A stretch of DNA of 64,000 nt, taken from positions 128,001 through 192,000 of the forward strand of contig JBDRPD010000050.1 of the NCBI GenBank assembly GCA_043827405.1, read 5' to 3'. Positions 46,670-56,551 of this stretch are shown one piece after another. The translations under genes were made by a program, and so were the position numbers. The DNA comes from Elusimicrobiota bacterium (lineage in GTDB: Bacteria > Elusimicrobiota > Elusimicrobia > UBA1565). Position 1 is the stretch's first letter. Each line of letters starts with the position of its first letter. Below the pieces are notes generated by a model. It was not told the DNA's origin. It did not search any database and was given only the letters and a program-made list of their open reading frames with translations.

Positions 46670-46837
46670 GGAACGTATCCAATTCGTATCCACTCCGCAA
46701 CCGAATCAGGTGAGTTCCAGCAAAGTCGCGGAGTGGTAAAAATCGAGTTTCTCGACGAGGAACAAGATCGGGCAATCTCCAGCAACATTAAAAATCCCGC
46801 GTGTGAGGCGAACGCTCTACCGCTGAGCTAACTGCCC
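46670..46837 (-). repeat. att relic: arm plus exact 40-bp tRNA-Val 5' half
   Basis: 46798-46837 identical to 43459-43498. Confidence 0.92.
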
Positions 46838-47005
46838 GTATCGGTGTATTTTAGCAAACCTTCCCCCGGTCGGGAGCTTGCCCCGCCGCAAAGAACGCCG
46901 CCCCCCCATCCGGCCGATTGGCCCAAAAACGCCGGGAAAACAAGTCCTACCCGCTCTGGGCCGTTAGCCACTGTCGACAAAACGCCATTCCGCTATCCTA
47001 ATAAT

Positions 47006-48673
47006 ATGAGGATTCTTTGCCTCCTATTAACCCTCCCGGGGCTGGCGTTCGGCGCCCCCGTAGCGCGGATAGCCCCCGTCCGCGCCCCAGCCGTAAACGT
47101 CGGCGCGTCGGGGGCGGCATTAGGACAGCTCCAGCCCGCATTAACTCTTTCCGCCCCGCAGCAGGGCTCCGCGCTCGGTCAAGCCGGCTCCAGCCTCGTT
47201 CTTCCCGACGCGCCGTCGGTCATCGCCAAGGACGCGCCGAAGATCATCGTACCGGAAAAGAAAAAGATCATCGTACCGGAAAGCGGGATCATCGCGGCGC
47301 CCAAGAAAAAGATCATTATCGCCGAAAGAGAGCTTACCGAGGAGGAAGCGGATGTCGACAACCGGCCCTCGGCGGAAGCGCTTGCGGAGCTCGCCAAGTC
47401 TCTCACCTCCGAAGCCGAGCCGGGAGAGCGGGGCGACGTCGACGGCCAAATCGCGGCGGCGCTCAACGCGCAATTCGACGGCATGTCGGCGGCGGACGCC
47501 CAGATCGCCGTCGAATATTTCGCGCCCGGCCCGCGGGCGCCGCAGCTCTCCAAAGTTGAACGGGCGGCGCATTCCCTCTTCCGGGGCCTGCTGCCGAGCT
47601 TTTATCGCCCGATTCCCGTCACCGCGCGCTACGATAAAAGCGCCCACCCCGAGACCGGCCATCTATGGAGCGCCGAGACCGGCCACATTATCGAACTCAA
47701 TCCCGTGCGCGCGGATTCCGCCGGCAATGTCCCCAGCGCCTTCGGCCTTCCCGGCCTCGCATTTGTGCAGCAGAAGATAGAGCAGGTCATACAGTTTGCG
47801 CATGAATACGCCCATGTGGTTTTCGACACCGTGGTGCGAAAAGCCGAGAACCACGCGCCGCTGGCGAGCTACTCCGCGATGACCGAAGGCTTCGCCGTGA
47901 CCCTCGAACAGCAGCTGATCGATCGCGCGATCAACAATCCCGGGATGCTCGGCCTCTCCGTAAATGACGTTGCGGACCTGGTGACCATCGCCAAGGCGCG
48001 GCGCGACTGGCTCAATGCATTGGACACGCATTACTCGGAAGGCGTCCTCCCCTGGAAGAAGGCCTATGCCAACGGCGGAACCAAGGGTCTGCTTTCGTTT
48101 CTCTCCTCCCTCTCCGCGCAGCGCATGATCAGGATTCATCGTTCCGACCCCGTCTACCAGCTGGCTTCCGCCGAACCAGACCTCTTATCCGCCTATTTGG
48201 GCGGCGATAGCCGGCACCCCGCGCGCCGGGGGCTGGAGGCTTTCGGCAGGAACGCCCGCGGCGAGGAACTTGACGCAGGCGAACGCGACGCGGCGAAGGC
48301 GGTCATCGAGGCCGCCGGCCCGGAAGGCCGGCAGCGACTCTTCGAGCGGACGCTTTTGGAAGACAAGCGTATCGCGGCGCCCGTGAAACCCGCCGAGAAA
48401 ACGGCCTGGTACGAGAAGGAGTCAAAAGCCCCGGTATCGGTCGAGGCGGTTTTCGCCCTGGCGCGCCTGAGCCCCGTGGGCGCCGCAGAGCTGGCGGCCT
48501 TTTTAACCCGTACCATTCAGGCATCCGATGGAGCGCGGCGCCTTTTCGGCCGCCCGGGTCCCAATGAGAAGCTCAACGCCGTCGTCGCGGGAGCCGAGTC
48601 CCTGCCGTTTGATGAAGCCGGGCGTCAGAGCTGGAGCGAAGCGCTTACCAACTGGCTGTTCGGCAACAGCTGA
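47006..48673 (+). CDS. Exported protein with HExxH zincin-like motif
   Basis: Signal peptide; AHEYAH..TEGFA. Confidence 0.7.
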   Translation: MRILCLLLTLPGLAFGAPVARIAPVRAPAVNVGASGAALGQLQPALTLSAPQQGSALGQAGSSLVLPDAPSVIAKDAPKIIVPEKKKIIVPESGIIAAPKKKIIIAERELTEEEADVDNRPSAEALAELAKSLTSEAEPGERGDVDGQIAAALNAQFDGMSAADAQIAVEYFAPGPRAPQLSKVERAAHSLFRGLLPSFYRPIPVTARYDKSAHPETGHLWSAETGHIIELNPVRADSAGNVPSAFGLPGLAFVQQKIEQVIQFAHEYAHVVFDTVVRKAENHAPLASYSAMTEGFAVTLEQQLIDRAINNPGMLGLSVNDVADLVTIAKARRDWLNALDTHYSEGVLPWKKAYANGGTKGLLSFLSSLSAQRMIRIHRSDPVYQLASAEPDLLSAYLGGDSRHPARRGLEAFGRNARGEELDAGERDAAKAVIEAAGPEGRQRLFERTLLEDKRIAAPVKPAEKTAWYEKESKAPVSVEAVFALARLSPVGAAELAAFLTRTIQASDGARRLFGRPGPNEKLNAVVAGAESLPFDEAGRQSWSEALTNWLFGNS

Positions 48674-48697
48674 TCGCCGCCGACCGCAGAAGCGACC

Positions 48698-49171
48698 CTA
48701 CCGCTGACGAAACTTCGACGTCCGCTCCTTATTCACCGTCGTCCAGGCCCCGGCGGCTTTGCGCCGGTCGAGCTTCTTTACCGCGATCCGCTTTTTCGTC
48801 TCGGGGAGCGGTCGAGGCCGGCTCTCCAATGCCTGCCGTTTTTCCCTGAATTCCGCCGCGGCCTCTTCAACTTCCCGCACCGCGTCAGCCAGGGGCCGGC
48901 CTTTACGCAGAACCGCGAAACTCGCCCTTTCAAGCAGCTCCGCGGGAGCATCCGGCGGCATGGCTTGGAGAATGCCGCGCAGCGCGGCGATATTTGCGTC
49001 GCTCACCTTTTCCCGCACCGCCTTCAAGGCGATCCTGGATTTAAATCCGTAGGGTTGGCGAACCAGCCGGTTGGCCGCGCGGGCCTGATCGTCCGTCAGG
49101 CGTTGTTTAAGAAACTCGGCCCGCACCGCCGGATGCAGTCCCTTAATCTGGTTGGCAGTTAGTTTTTTCAT
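48698..49171 (-). CDS. Hypothetical basic protein
   Basis: 157-aa ORF with host-like codon use. Confidence 0.6.
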   Translation of the reverse strand: MKKLTANQIKGLHPAVRAEFLKQRLTDDQARAANRLVRQPYGFKSRIALKAVREKVSDANIAALRGILQAMPPDAPAELLERASFAVLRKGRPLADAVREVEEAAAEFREKRQALESRPRPLPETKKRIAVKKLDRRKAAGAWTTVNKERTSKFRQR

Positions 49172-49273
49172 AACAGTCGGCGCAGCGGCCGCTTCCTAAA
49201 AAGTATAGCCGTCTCGCATGAGAAGTAATAGTTAATTTTGCGCATAGCGGTTCGCGGGGCAAACCGCTATCCT

Positions 49274-49615
49274 ATGGGCGTGAACGACGACGAGCGCAAA
49301 AAATTTAAAAAGAAGGTCCTGGCGGAAATCAAAGACCTTAAAAGCCGGCTGCCCGCTCTCAAAGAAGCGGCCAAACCGGTCGCCCCGGACAATGCCGTGG
49401 GCCGCATCAGCCGCATGGACGCGATCAACGAGCAGGGCGTCCGGGAATCCGCCCTGCGCGAGGCCAAAGAGAAGCTGCGGAAGCTTGAAAACAGACTGGA
49501 GCGGGCCGCGGACGCCGACTTCGGGCTCTGCTCCGGGTGCCGGCAGCCTATCCCCGCCGCGCGTCTCCTATACCTGCCGGAATCCGACCGCTGCGTCGCC
49601 TGCGCGCCGTTTTAG
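49274..49615 (+). CDS. TraR/DksA C4 zinc-finger protein
   Basis: GRISRMDA; FGLCSGC..RL..P..CVAC. Confidence 0.88.
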   Translation: MGVNDDERKKFKKKVLAEIKDLKSRLPALKEAAKPVAPDNAVGRISRMDAINEQGVRESALREAKEKLRKLENRLERAADADFGLCSGCRQPIPAARLLYLPESDRCVACAPF

Positions 49616-49634
49616 CCGCGCGGCTTAAATCCGG

Positions 49635-49967
49635 TCATGTGCGCGCCGCCATCAGCAGCCAGACGACAAGTCCGCTCGATATCAGCGTCGCCGCGGCCCA
49701 TCGCAGCGTCAGCGGCAGCGGACGGGAGACATGCTCGGAGCTGCTGAGCTCGAACAGACTCCCCGGGCGCCATCGGTGGCCGCAGGATAGACAGTACCTC
49801 ACCTGAACGCCCCGGATAAGGCGGCTGTAGTGCCGCCACAGCGAGGATGCGCGCCGGACTTCCATGCCAAGGCACTTTGAACATTGCTCGGAAATAGGAC
49901 CCTGTCGCGGTCCCGACGAAACGGATGATGGGGGCCTCCCGCTTTGCGTCTCAGATTTTTGTTCCAT
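49635..49967 (-). CDS. Small zinc-ribbon membrane protein
   Basis: CSKC..CLSC, C-terminal TM. Confidence 0.55.
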   Translation of the reverse strand: MEQKSETQSGRPPSSVSSGPRQGPISEQCSKCLGMEVRRASSLWRHYSRLIRGVQVRYCLSCGHRWRPGSLFELSSSEHVSRPLPLTLRWAAATLISSGLVVWLLMAART

Positions 49968-50092
49968 AGCGAACTCCCGGGAGACGGCCGGTCGCGGCCG
50001 CCTCCAAACAGTCCGCTATACTGTAACGCGCCGGCAGAACATCCGCTTAAACAGCGGCATAAATCGAACTCACATCCCACGGGAATGTGCCG

Positions 50093-50767
50093 TCAGCCGG
50101 GCCGTTCCGCCATCCAGATTATATGATGGCCGCCGCGATGCTTGTTTCTCGCGCGAGCGGCGATCTCTTCCACCCGAAAGCCCGCTTTCTTGAGCCGCTT
50201 GACGAACTTTCGATCCGGACGGGCGGACCAGACGCCCAAGACTCCTCGGGGCTGCAAAGCCGAAAAGGCGGCTTCCAGCCCGGCGGGGGAGTAGAGCCAG
50301 TTATTCACTTCCCGGGTCAGCCCCTCGGGGCTATTGTCCACATCCAGCAGAATGGCGCTGTAAACTTCGCGCCCCGCGCGGATCGTCTCCGCCACGTCCT
50401 GCTCCAGAACGGTGACGCGTCGATCTTTCAGGGGATGGCCGGCCAGATGCGACAGCGGACCCCGGTTCCATTTGACCACCGCGGGCACGATCTCGGCGAC
50501 CACCAGCCGGGCGCCCGGACCCACCCGCTTGAGCGCTTCGGCCAAGGTATAGCCCATGCCCAGCCCGCCGATCAGGATGGCCGGCTTGGGCTTGCCGCGA
50601 AACCTCGCGCAGGCGATAGACGCCAGGCCGTCCTCCGACGCATGGAGAGAGCTGTTCATGAGTATGCTCGCATCCAAATTGATGGAGAACTCCTCGCCCC
50701 GGTTGTAGAGACGCAGCGCCCCCCCGCCGGGGAAGGAAACCTGGTCTAAAAGCTTCCATGGAATCAT
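50093..50767 (-). CDS. Spermidine-synthase-like methyltransferase
   Basis: IGGLGMGYT, LLDVDN, GVWS. Confidence 0.85.
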   Translation of the reverse strand: MIPWKLLDQVSFPGGGALRLYNRGEEFSINLDASILMNSSLHASEDGLASIACARFRGKPKPAILIGGLGMGYTLAEALKRVGPGARLVVAEIVPAVVKWNRGPLSHLAGHPLKDRRVTVLEQDVAETIRAGREVYSAILLDVDNSPEGLTREVNNWLYSPAGLEAAFSALQPRGVLGVWSARPDRKFVKRLKKAGFRVEEIAARARNKHRGGHHIIWMAERPG

Positions 50768-52954
50768 CTAGCCGTTAAACTCCTCTTCTTCCCAGCCCTC
50801 ATCTTCAACCATTTCAAAGCGCAGTTCTTCGGCTGGCGGCGGAGCCGGCTGCTCCCGGGTGCCGGCGATGACGGCGAGCACGTCCTTGCCGAGCCCGCGC
50901 GCCTTGCTCGGACCGATGCCTTTGATATCCAGCAGCTCATCCTGAGTGCTCGGCTTGACGCGGGCCAGCTCATCGAGCGTGGCGTCGTTGAAGATCATAT
51001 AGGCCGGCACGCGCCGGGCCGCGGCTTTCTTGAAGCGCCATTGCCGCAGCTCCGCGAGCAGGGCATTATCGCGCGGGCCGGCCGGCTTGGCGGCGGCTTG
51101 GCGTTTGCCGCCGGACGGTCCGGGGCGGGCGGCCTCCGGCATCGCCACGTTCACCTCGCCGGCGCCGGCGATGACTTGACGGCCGAGCTCGGTGATCGAG
51201 AGCACCGGGTATTTGTCGCCGCTGATGCGCAGGCAGCCGGCCTGCGCCAATTCGGTCAGCAGGCTGAAGGCGTAATCCGCGCCCTGGTTCTTAAGCGCGC
51301 CGTAAGCCGGGCTGCCGTCGAGGCATACGTCGAGCACTTCTTTCGAGCGCGAGCCGGCCAGCGTCTGCGCGATGCGCCCGCGGCCGAAGCGGCCGTCGGC
51401 GTTGTGCACGGCCATAAGCGCCTGCCGGATCAGCTCTTGCTCGCCCGCCGTCACCGGACGCGCGGCGCGCGACTGGCGCGAGGAGCAGTTATCACAGGCG
51501 TCGCAGCTTTCCTTAATATGGGGGTCGCCGAAGTAATCGAGAATGAAGCGGTGACGGCAGCCGGCGTCGCCGGCGTAGCGGATTATGCGCTGCAGCTTCT
51601 CGCCGTCGCGTTCGCGCTTCTGCTCCAGCTGCGCGAAGTCGAAGCCGAGGTCCTCGATGTCGCGGACCGGTTCGACCAAAGTCGTGGTATAGGTGCGGCT
51701 GCCTTGATAATCGCGCTCAATCGCCTCGGCCCGCTGCAGCAGGCGGAGCGCGGTGCCCACGGCCATGGCATTGGGCCGGCCGCCGCCGACCTTGGCCGCG
51801 ATCTTGGTGATCGGCGTCTGGATCGGTCCCTTCCGGCACAGGCGCCGGACCGCCGCATAGGTGTCTTCGATGATGCCGCGCGTCGGATTGGATCCATCGA
51901 GGAAGAATTCCTGCGTCTTAACATCGGCATAGTTAAAGAGCAGCTCGCAGCGCGCCGGCTCGCCGTCGCGTCCGGCCCGCCCGGCCTCCTGGTAGTAGGC
52001 CTCGACGCTGCCGGGGATGTCGTAGTGCATCACAAACCGCAGATCGGCGCGGTCGATCCCCATGCCGAAGGCGTTGGTGGCGACGGCGACCTCGCTGCGG
52101 CCGCGCATGAACTTCGTCTGCGCCTTGGTGCGCTTATCCTCATCCATCGCGCCATGGTAGGCGACGCATTTGACCTTGGCGCTTTTGAGCTCGCGGTAGA
52201 GCATCTCGACGTTCTTGCGCGTGGCGCAGTAGACGATACCGGTCTTATGCTTGTCGATGACGTCGCGGATGCGCGCGAGCTTATCCTGCTTGCCCCGGAC
52301 CGGGGTGACGGCCAGCGTCAGGTTATGGCGGGCGAAGCCGGTGACGAAGGTCCGCGGCTCCCGGCGGCCGTTGCGGCCCAGCTCGAGCTGCTCCTTTATA
52401 TCCTGCCGCACGACCGGCGTCGCCGTTGCGGTGAGCGCGATAACCTGCGGCTGACCGAGCTCTTTGAGCGCGCGCTTAAGGCGCAGGTAGTCGGGACGAA
52501 AGTCGTGCCCCCACTGGCTTAGACAATGCGCCTCGTCCAGAGCGAAGAGGCCGATATCAATAGGCTTAAGCGCCTCGAGAAAGCGGCGGCTCTTGAAGCG
52601 TTCGGGAGCGATGTAGACGATCTTGAGCTCCCCGCCGCGCATCTGCGCCAGGCGTTCGTCGATTTCGCCGGGGCTCAGGCTCGAGTTAATGAAAGCGGCG
52701 CGCAGGCCCTTGGCGAGAAGGGCGTCGACCTGATCCTTCATGAGGGCGATCAGCGGCGAGATGACGAGGGTGAGGCCGTCTTTGGCCAGCGCCGGCAGCT
52801 GGTAGCACAGCGATTTGCCGCCGCCGGTCGGCATGATGACGAGCGCGTCATCGCCGCCGACGATGGCGGAGATGACTTCCTCCTGACCCTCGAGGAACTC
52901 GCGGTGGCCGAAATAGCGGCGCAGCAGTTCGCGGGGATCAGCGGCGGACGGCAT
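50768..52954 (-). CDS. recQ: RecQ family DNA helicase
   Basis: MPTGGGKS, DEAHC, QEAGRAGRDG, Zn/RQC and HRDC regions. Confidence 0.95.
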   Translation of the reverse strand: MPSAADPRELLRRYFGHREFLEGQEEVISAIVGGDDALVIMPTGGGKSLCYQLPALAKDGLTLVISPLIALMKDQVDALLAKGLRAAFINSSLSPGEIDERLAQMRGGELKIVYIAPERFKSRRFLEALKPIDIGLFALDEAHCLSQWGHDFRPDYLRLKRALKELGQPQVIALTATATPVVRQDIKEQLELGRNGRREPRTFVTGFARHNLTLAVTPVRGKQDKLARIRDVIDKHKTGIVYCATRKNVEMLYRELKSAKVKCVAYHGAMDEDKRTKAQTKFMRGRSEVAVATNAFGMGIDRADLRFVMHYDIPGSVEAYYQEAGRAGRDGEPARCELLFNYADVKTQEFFLDGSNPTRGIIEDTYAAVRRLCRKGPIQTPITKIAAKVGGGRPNAMAVGTALRLLQRAEAIERDYQGSRTYTTTLVEPVRDIEDLGFDFAQLEQKRERDGEKLQRIIRYAGDAGCRHRFILDYFGDPHIKESCDACDNCSSRQSRAARPVTAGEQELIRQALMAVHNADGRFGRGRIAQTLAGSRSKEVLDVCLDGSPAYGALKNQGADYAFSLLTELAQAGCLRISGDKYPVLSITELGRQVIAGAGEVNVAMPEAARPGPSGGKRQAAAKPAGPRDNALLAELRQWRFKKAAARRVPAYMIFNDATLDELARVKPSTQDELLDIKGIGPSKARGLGKDVLAVIAGTREQPAPPPAEELRFEMVEDEGWEEEEFNG

Positions 52955-52960
52955 AACGTT

Positions 52961-53518
52961 CTACGCCCGTTCGACGTACTCCCCGGTGTTCGTATTGACC
53001 CGGACCTTGTCGCCCGCGTTGATAAAGAGCGGCACTTGGACATCGGCGCCGGTCTCGGTCTTGGCCGGCTTCTTGACGCCTTGGGCGGTATTGCCCTTCA
53101 CCCCGGGCTCGGTCTCGACGATCTCGTAGACGACGTTGATCGGTATTTCGACCGAGACGAACTTGCCGTCGATATGGACCGAGACCACTTGCATGTCGTC
53201 CTTCATATACTTCGCCATATCCCCGATCACATCTGCCGTCAGGTACTCCTGCTCGTAGGTTTCCTGGTCCATGAAGTGATAGCCGGCGCCGTCGCTGTAG
53301 AGGAAGGTCTTGTTGCGCCGCAGCACCTCCACCTCGCGGAACTTAACGTCCGGCTTCATGGTCTTTTCAATGGTCGAACCGCGCTTCATGTTCTTGATCT
53401 TGAGGCGCACGACGGCCCCGCCTTTGCCGGGCTTGTGATGCTGGAACCACACCACGGTGAAAATATCGTCGCCGTCGGCGAAGACGGTTCCGTTCTTAAA
53501 ATCGCCCACTCGAATCAT
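52961..53518 (-). CDS. efp: Elongation factor P
   Basis: HHKPGKGGA, PGVKGNT, VPLFIN..TGEYVER; 185 aa. Confidence 0.97.
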   Translation of the reverse strand: MIRVGDFKNGTVFADGDDIFTVVWFQHHKPGKGGAVVRLKIKNMKRGSTIEKTMKPDVKFREVEVLRRNKTFLYSDGAGYHFMDQETYEQEYLTADVIGDMAKYMKDDMQVVSVHIDGKFVSVEIPINVVYEIVETEPGVKGNTAQGVKKPAKTETGADVQVPLFINAGDKVRVNTNTGEYVERA

Positions 53519-53597
53519 GTATCGCGCGCTCCTTACGGCAAGTGTTCCGACCGGGTATTTTAGCAAAGGCGCCGGACCATTCAGTATCATGTACCGC

Positions 53598-54086
53598 ATG
53601 GAGCTGGAAAAGGCCCGCCTGCTGGCCGCCGACCTGATGCGGCGCCACGACCTGGGCGGGGGCTCGCCCTGGGCCTTCGCGTTCGACCGCAGCCGCCGCC
53701 GTTTCGGCGTCTGTATCCCCCAGCACCGGCGCATCCAGCTGTCCAGACACCTTACCCTGCTCAACGGCGAGGAGCAGGTCAGAGACACCTTGCTGCACGA
53801 AATCGCCCATGCCCTGGTATTCCTGCGCTATGGTCCGCGCATCGGCCACGACCGGCGGTGGAAGAAGATCGCCGCCGCCATCGGCGCCAAGCCCGCGCGC
53901 TGCTACGACTACGCCGCTGTCGATACCCCGCCGCTGCCCTACCTCGTTAAGTGCGAGCGGCACGGCATCCTCGGCCAGCGCGCGCGGCGCTGGAGCGGGC
54001 AGCGCTCCTGCTCGCGCTGCCGGCGGCGGTTCGACCCCGAGCATCTGGTCGCGCTGATACCGAACCCCGCTTACCGCGACGCGTAG
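53598..54086 (+). CDS. SprT-like metalloprotease
   Basis: TLLHEIAHA..GH..W. Confidence 0.85.
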   Translation: MELEKARLLAADLMRRHDLGGGSPWAFAFDRSRRRFGVCIPQHRRIQLSRHLTLLNGEEQVRDTLLHEIAHALVFLRYGPRIGHDRRWKKIAAAIGAKPARCYDYAAVDTPPLPYLVKCERHGILGQRARRWSGQRSCSRCRRRFDPEHLVALIPNPAYRDA

Positions 54087-54101
54087 GAACATCCCCGGCC
54101 C

Positions 54102-55472
54102 TTACTCAAAAAACGAGCCGAAGAACACGTAGTACTTCCCAGACTTGAAACCGCGGGCGTGATCGTAGCCCTGCGCCGCCTGCTCCGGCGAGAAGCCGTA
54201 GCGCCGGGCGAAGCTCCGCGACTGCACCACGGAGCCGGTCTGCGGCGCCTCGCGGATCATGCCGTCGCCGATATACACGACGACATGCGAGATTCTCCGA
54301 TCCTTGGTCTTGGAGGTGAAGACCAGGTCCCCTTTCTCCAGCTTGGCGGGGTTGACCGGCCGGGCGGCCGCTTTCTGCTGCCGCGAGGTCCGGGGCACGA
54401 CCCGGCCCATGCCGACATAGGACGCCGCCAGCTGCACCATGCCCGAGCAGTCCACGCCCCGCGGCGAGCGGCCGCCCCATTTATAGGGAACGCCCTCGAG
54501 CTGGGCCGTCTCCTTGACGAAGGCCTCGCGCAGCGGGTCGGCACCGCCGAGACCGCCGCGCGGCTCGATCCGGCGTACCGGAAAAGACGCCGCCAGGGAC
54601 GCATCGCCGCTCATCCGGTCTTCAGGCACCCAGCCGCGGATATTCTGCCCGGGAATAAATACCGGCATCATGCCGTCGACCGACGGCCCGGTGATCTCGA
54701 CCGCCTCGCCCGTCATCAGCTGGGTGGCGAGCTTGTGCTCCTTGCCGTCGATATCCATGGTCTCGTCGGACTCCAAGCCTTCCATATCGGAGAAGACGTC
54801 AACGGTGTCGGCAGACGCGTAACGGAGCACGGGACCGGAGGCGCTCTCCGCGGGCTTGCCGCGCTGCGTTTGGAAGCTGTGCGCCGGCTCCTGGTCCTTG
54901 CCGTCGAACTTGACCGAAAAGCGCGACAGGCGGCCGTCCGAAGCAGCCGCTCCATGCCCGCCGGCCGCCGCCGCGGCGCCGCCCCCGCCTCCGGCAGCGG
55001 TACCGCCGCCCGCCGTTTTAATTTTGCCGGCGGAGGATGAACCGCCGCCGCCGAGCCCATCGCCTTTCCCGCCGCCGCCGTCCGCCGCGGCCCCGGCGCC
55101 GCTGCCGCTCCCGGAAGCGAGCATAAAGGTATCCGTACCGCCGCCGCCCCAATCACCGTCCCCCGAACCGGCGGTCCCGGCCGCGGTCGTCTTAAGCCGC
55201 GGCCGGGCACTGCCGGCGGCCGCGCGCTCTTCCTGTTCGCCGGAGGCCGCGGCAGCAGCGGCGACGGCGTCTGACCGGGAGGCGTTCGCGGCGGCGCGCG
55301 TCTGCGGATTGCGGCTGTCGGGCATATATTTGAAGGCGCGTTCCGGCGCGGGCAGGCCGCCCCCGGCGCTCCAGGCGCTTATGGACTTCTCGCGCCTGCC
55401 GCGCAGCGCCCAAAGGCCGGCGAGGAGCGCGAGCAGGCCGATGCCGATGATTACCGCTTTGCGCGTATTCAT
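54102..55472 (-). CDS. NlpC/P60 (C40) cell-wall hydrolase
   Basis: PYKWGG..DCSG..GDLVF..HVVVY; TM and Gly/Ala linker. Confidence 0.9.
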   Translation of the reverse strand: MNTRKAVIIGIGLLALLAGLWALRGRREKSISAWSAGGGLPAPERAFKYMPDSRNPQTRAAANASRSDAVAAAAAASGEQEERAAAGSARPRLKTTAAGTAGSGDGDWGGGGTDTFMLASGSGSGAGAAADGGGGKGDGLGGGGSSSAGKIKTAGGGTAAGGGGGAAAAAGGHGAAASDGRLSRFSVKFDGKDQEPAHSFQTQRGKPAESASGPVLRYASADTVDVFSDMEGLESDETMDIDGKEHKLATQLMTGEAVEITGPSVDGMMPVFIPGQNIRGWVPEDRMSGDASLAASFPVRRIEPRGGLGGADPLREAFVKETAQLEGVPYKWGGRSPRGVDCSGMVQLAASYVGMGRVVPRTSRQQKAAARPVNPAKLEKGDLVFTSKTKDRRISHVVVYIGDGMIREAPQTGSVVQSRSFARRYGFSPEQAAQGYDHARGFKSGKYYVFFGSFFE

Positions 55473-55556
55473 CGCTCATAGGATGACGCGAATCCCGCCA
55501 CAGGTCAACAGCAGATATGTATACTCTCGCGGGGCCCTTCCCCATAGGAGAGCATC

Positions 55557-56543
55557 ATGGGCATCGACGTCTACGGCATCGGCAACGCCCTCGTCGACGT
55601 ACAGGCGGGGGTCGAGGACGCCGTCCTCGATAAAATCATCGCGCTCAAGACCCCGGGAGCTCCGGAGCGGATAGCCAAGGGCAATATGCACCTGGTGGAC
55701 GCCGCCGCCCAGCAGGCCGTCCTCGGCCAGCTCGCGGGGCATGACCTGGCCACCGTATCCGGCGGCAGCGCCTGCAATACCATGATCGGCCTGGCCCAGC
55801 TCGGCGGCCGCGCCGCCTACTGCGGCAAGGTCGCCGGCGACCAGTACGGCTCCTTCTTCGCCGAGGATTTGCGCGCCGCCGGCGTGGACTACAACGTTCC
55901 ATTCGGCGAGCAGGGCACGGGAACCTGCGCGGTGCTGGTCACGCCCGACGCCCAGCGCACCATGTTCACCAACCTCGGCATCAGCATCGAGCTCAAACCG
56001 GAAGACCTCGACTTCGACGCCATCGCCGCCGCCAAATGGGTTTACATCGAGGGCTACTTATGGGACGCGGCGGGCCCCAAGGCCGCCTCGGTAAAGGCCA
56101 TGGAGTACGCCAAAAACAACGGCATCAAGGTCGCCTACAGCTATTCGGACTCCTTCTGCGTACAGCGCGCGCTTGAGGACTTTCGCCGCTTCACCAAGGA
56201 CTACGTGGACCTGGTATTCTGCAACGATGACGAAGCCTGCGCCTTCGCCGGCCGCGACGACATCGAAGCGGCCCTCAAGGAAATCGAGAAATACGGCACC
56301 GGCATCGCGGCGACCCGCGGCAAGCAGGGCTCAATCCTCGTACTGGACGGCGCCCGCCATGATATCGCTCCGGTCTCCTGCGTCCCCGTCGACACCACGG
56401 GAGCCGGCGACCTCTACGCCGCCGGCGTGCTGGCCGGCTTGTGCCGGGGACTCCCCCCCGCCGAGGCCGGCGCCCTGGGTTCCAAGATGGCGGCGCATGC
56501 CATCTCGGTCCGCGGCGCGCGCATCCCGGCTTCTGCGCTCTAG
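55557..56543 (+). CDS. PfkB family (adenosine-type) kinase
   Basis: GIGNALVD, GGSACN, DTTGAGD. Confidence 0.92.
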   Translation: MGIDVYGIGNALVDVQAGVEDAVLDKIIALKTPGAPERIAKGNMHLVDAAAQQAVLGQLAGHDLATVSGGSACNTMIGLAQLGGRAAYCGKVAGDQYGSFFAEDLRAAGVDYNVPFGEQGTGTCAVLVTPDAQRTMFTNLGISIELKPEDLDFDAIAAAKWVYIEGYLWDAAGPKAASVKAMEYAKNNGIKVAYSYSDSFCVQRALEDFRRFTKDYVDLVFCNDDEACAFAGRDDIEAALKEIEKYGTGIAATRGKQGSILVLDGARHDIAPVSCVPVDTTGAGDLYAAGVLAGLCRGLPPAEAGALGSKMAAHAISVRGARIPASAL

Positions 56544-56551
56544 CGCGGCGC

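Noticed and set aside
51041..53563. Long antisense ORFs over recQ/efp (and similar ones elsewhere)
   Set aside because: Shadow ORFs expected from high GC3 codon bias
52961..53788. 275-aa extended EF-P from ORF track
   Set aside because: Homology begins at ATG 53518; the extension overlaps the SprT gene antisense
54950..55270. GCC-rich low-complexity tract
   Set aside because: Explained by the Gly/Ala linker of the NlpC/P60 protein
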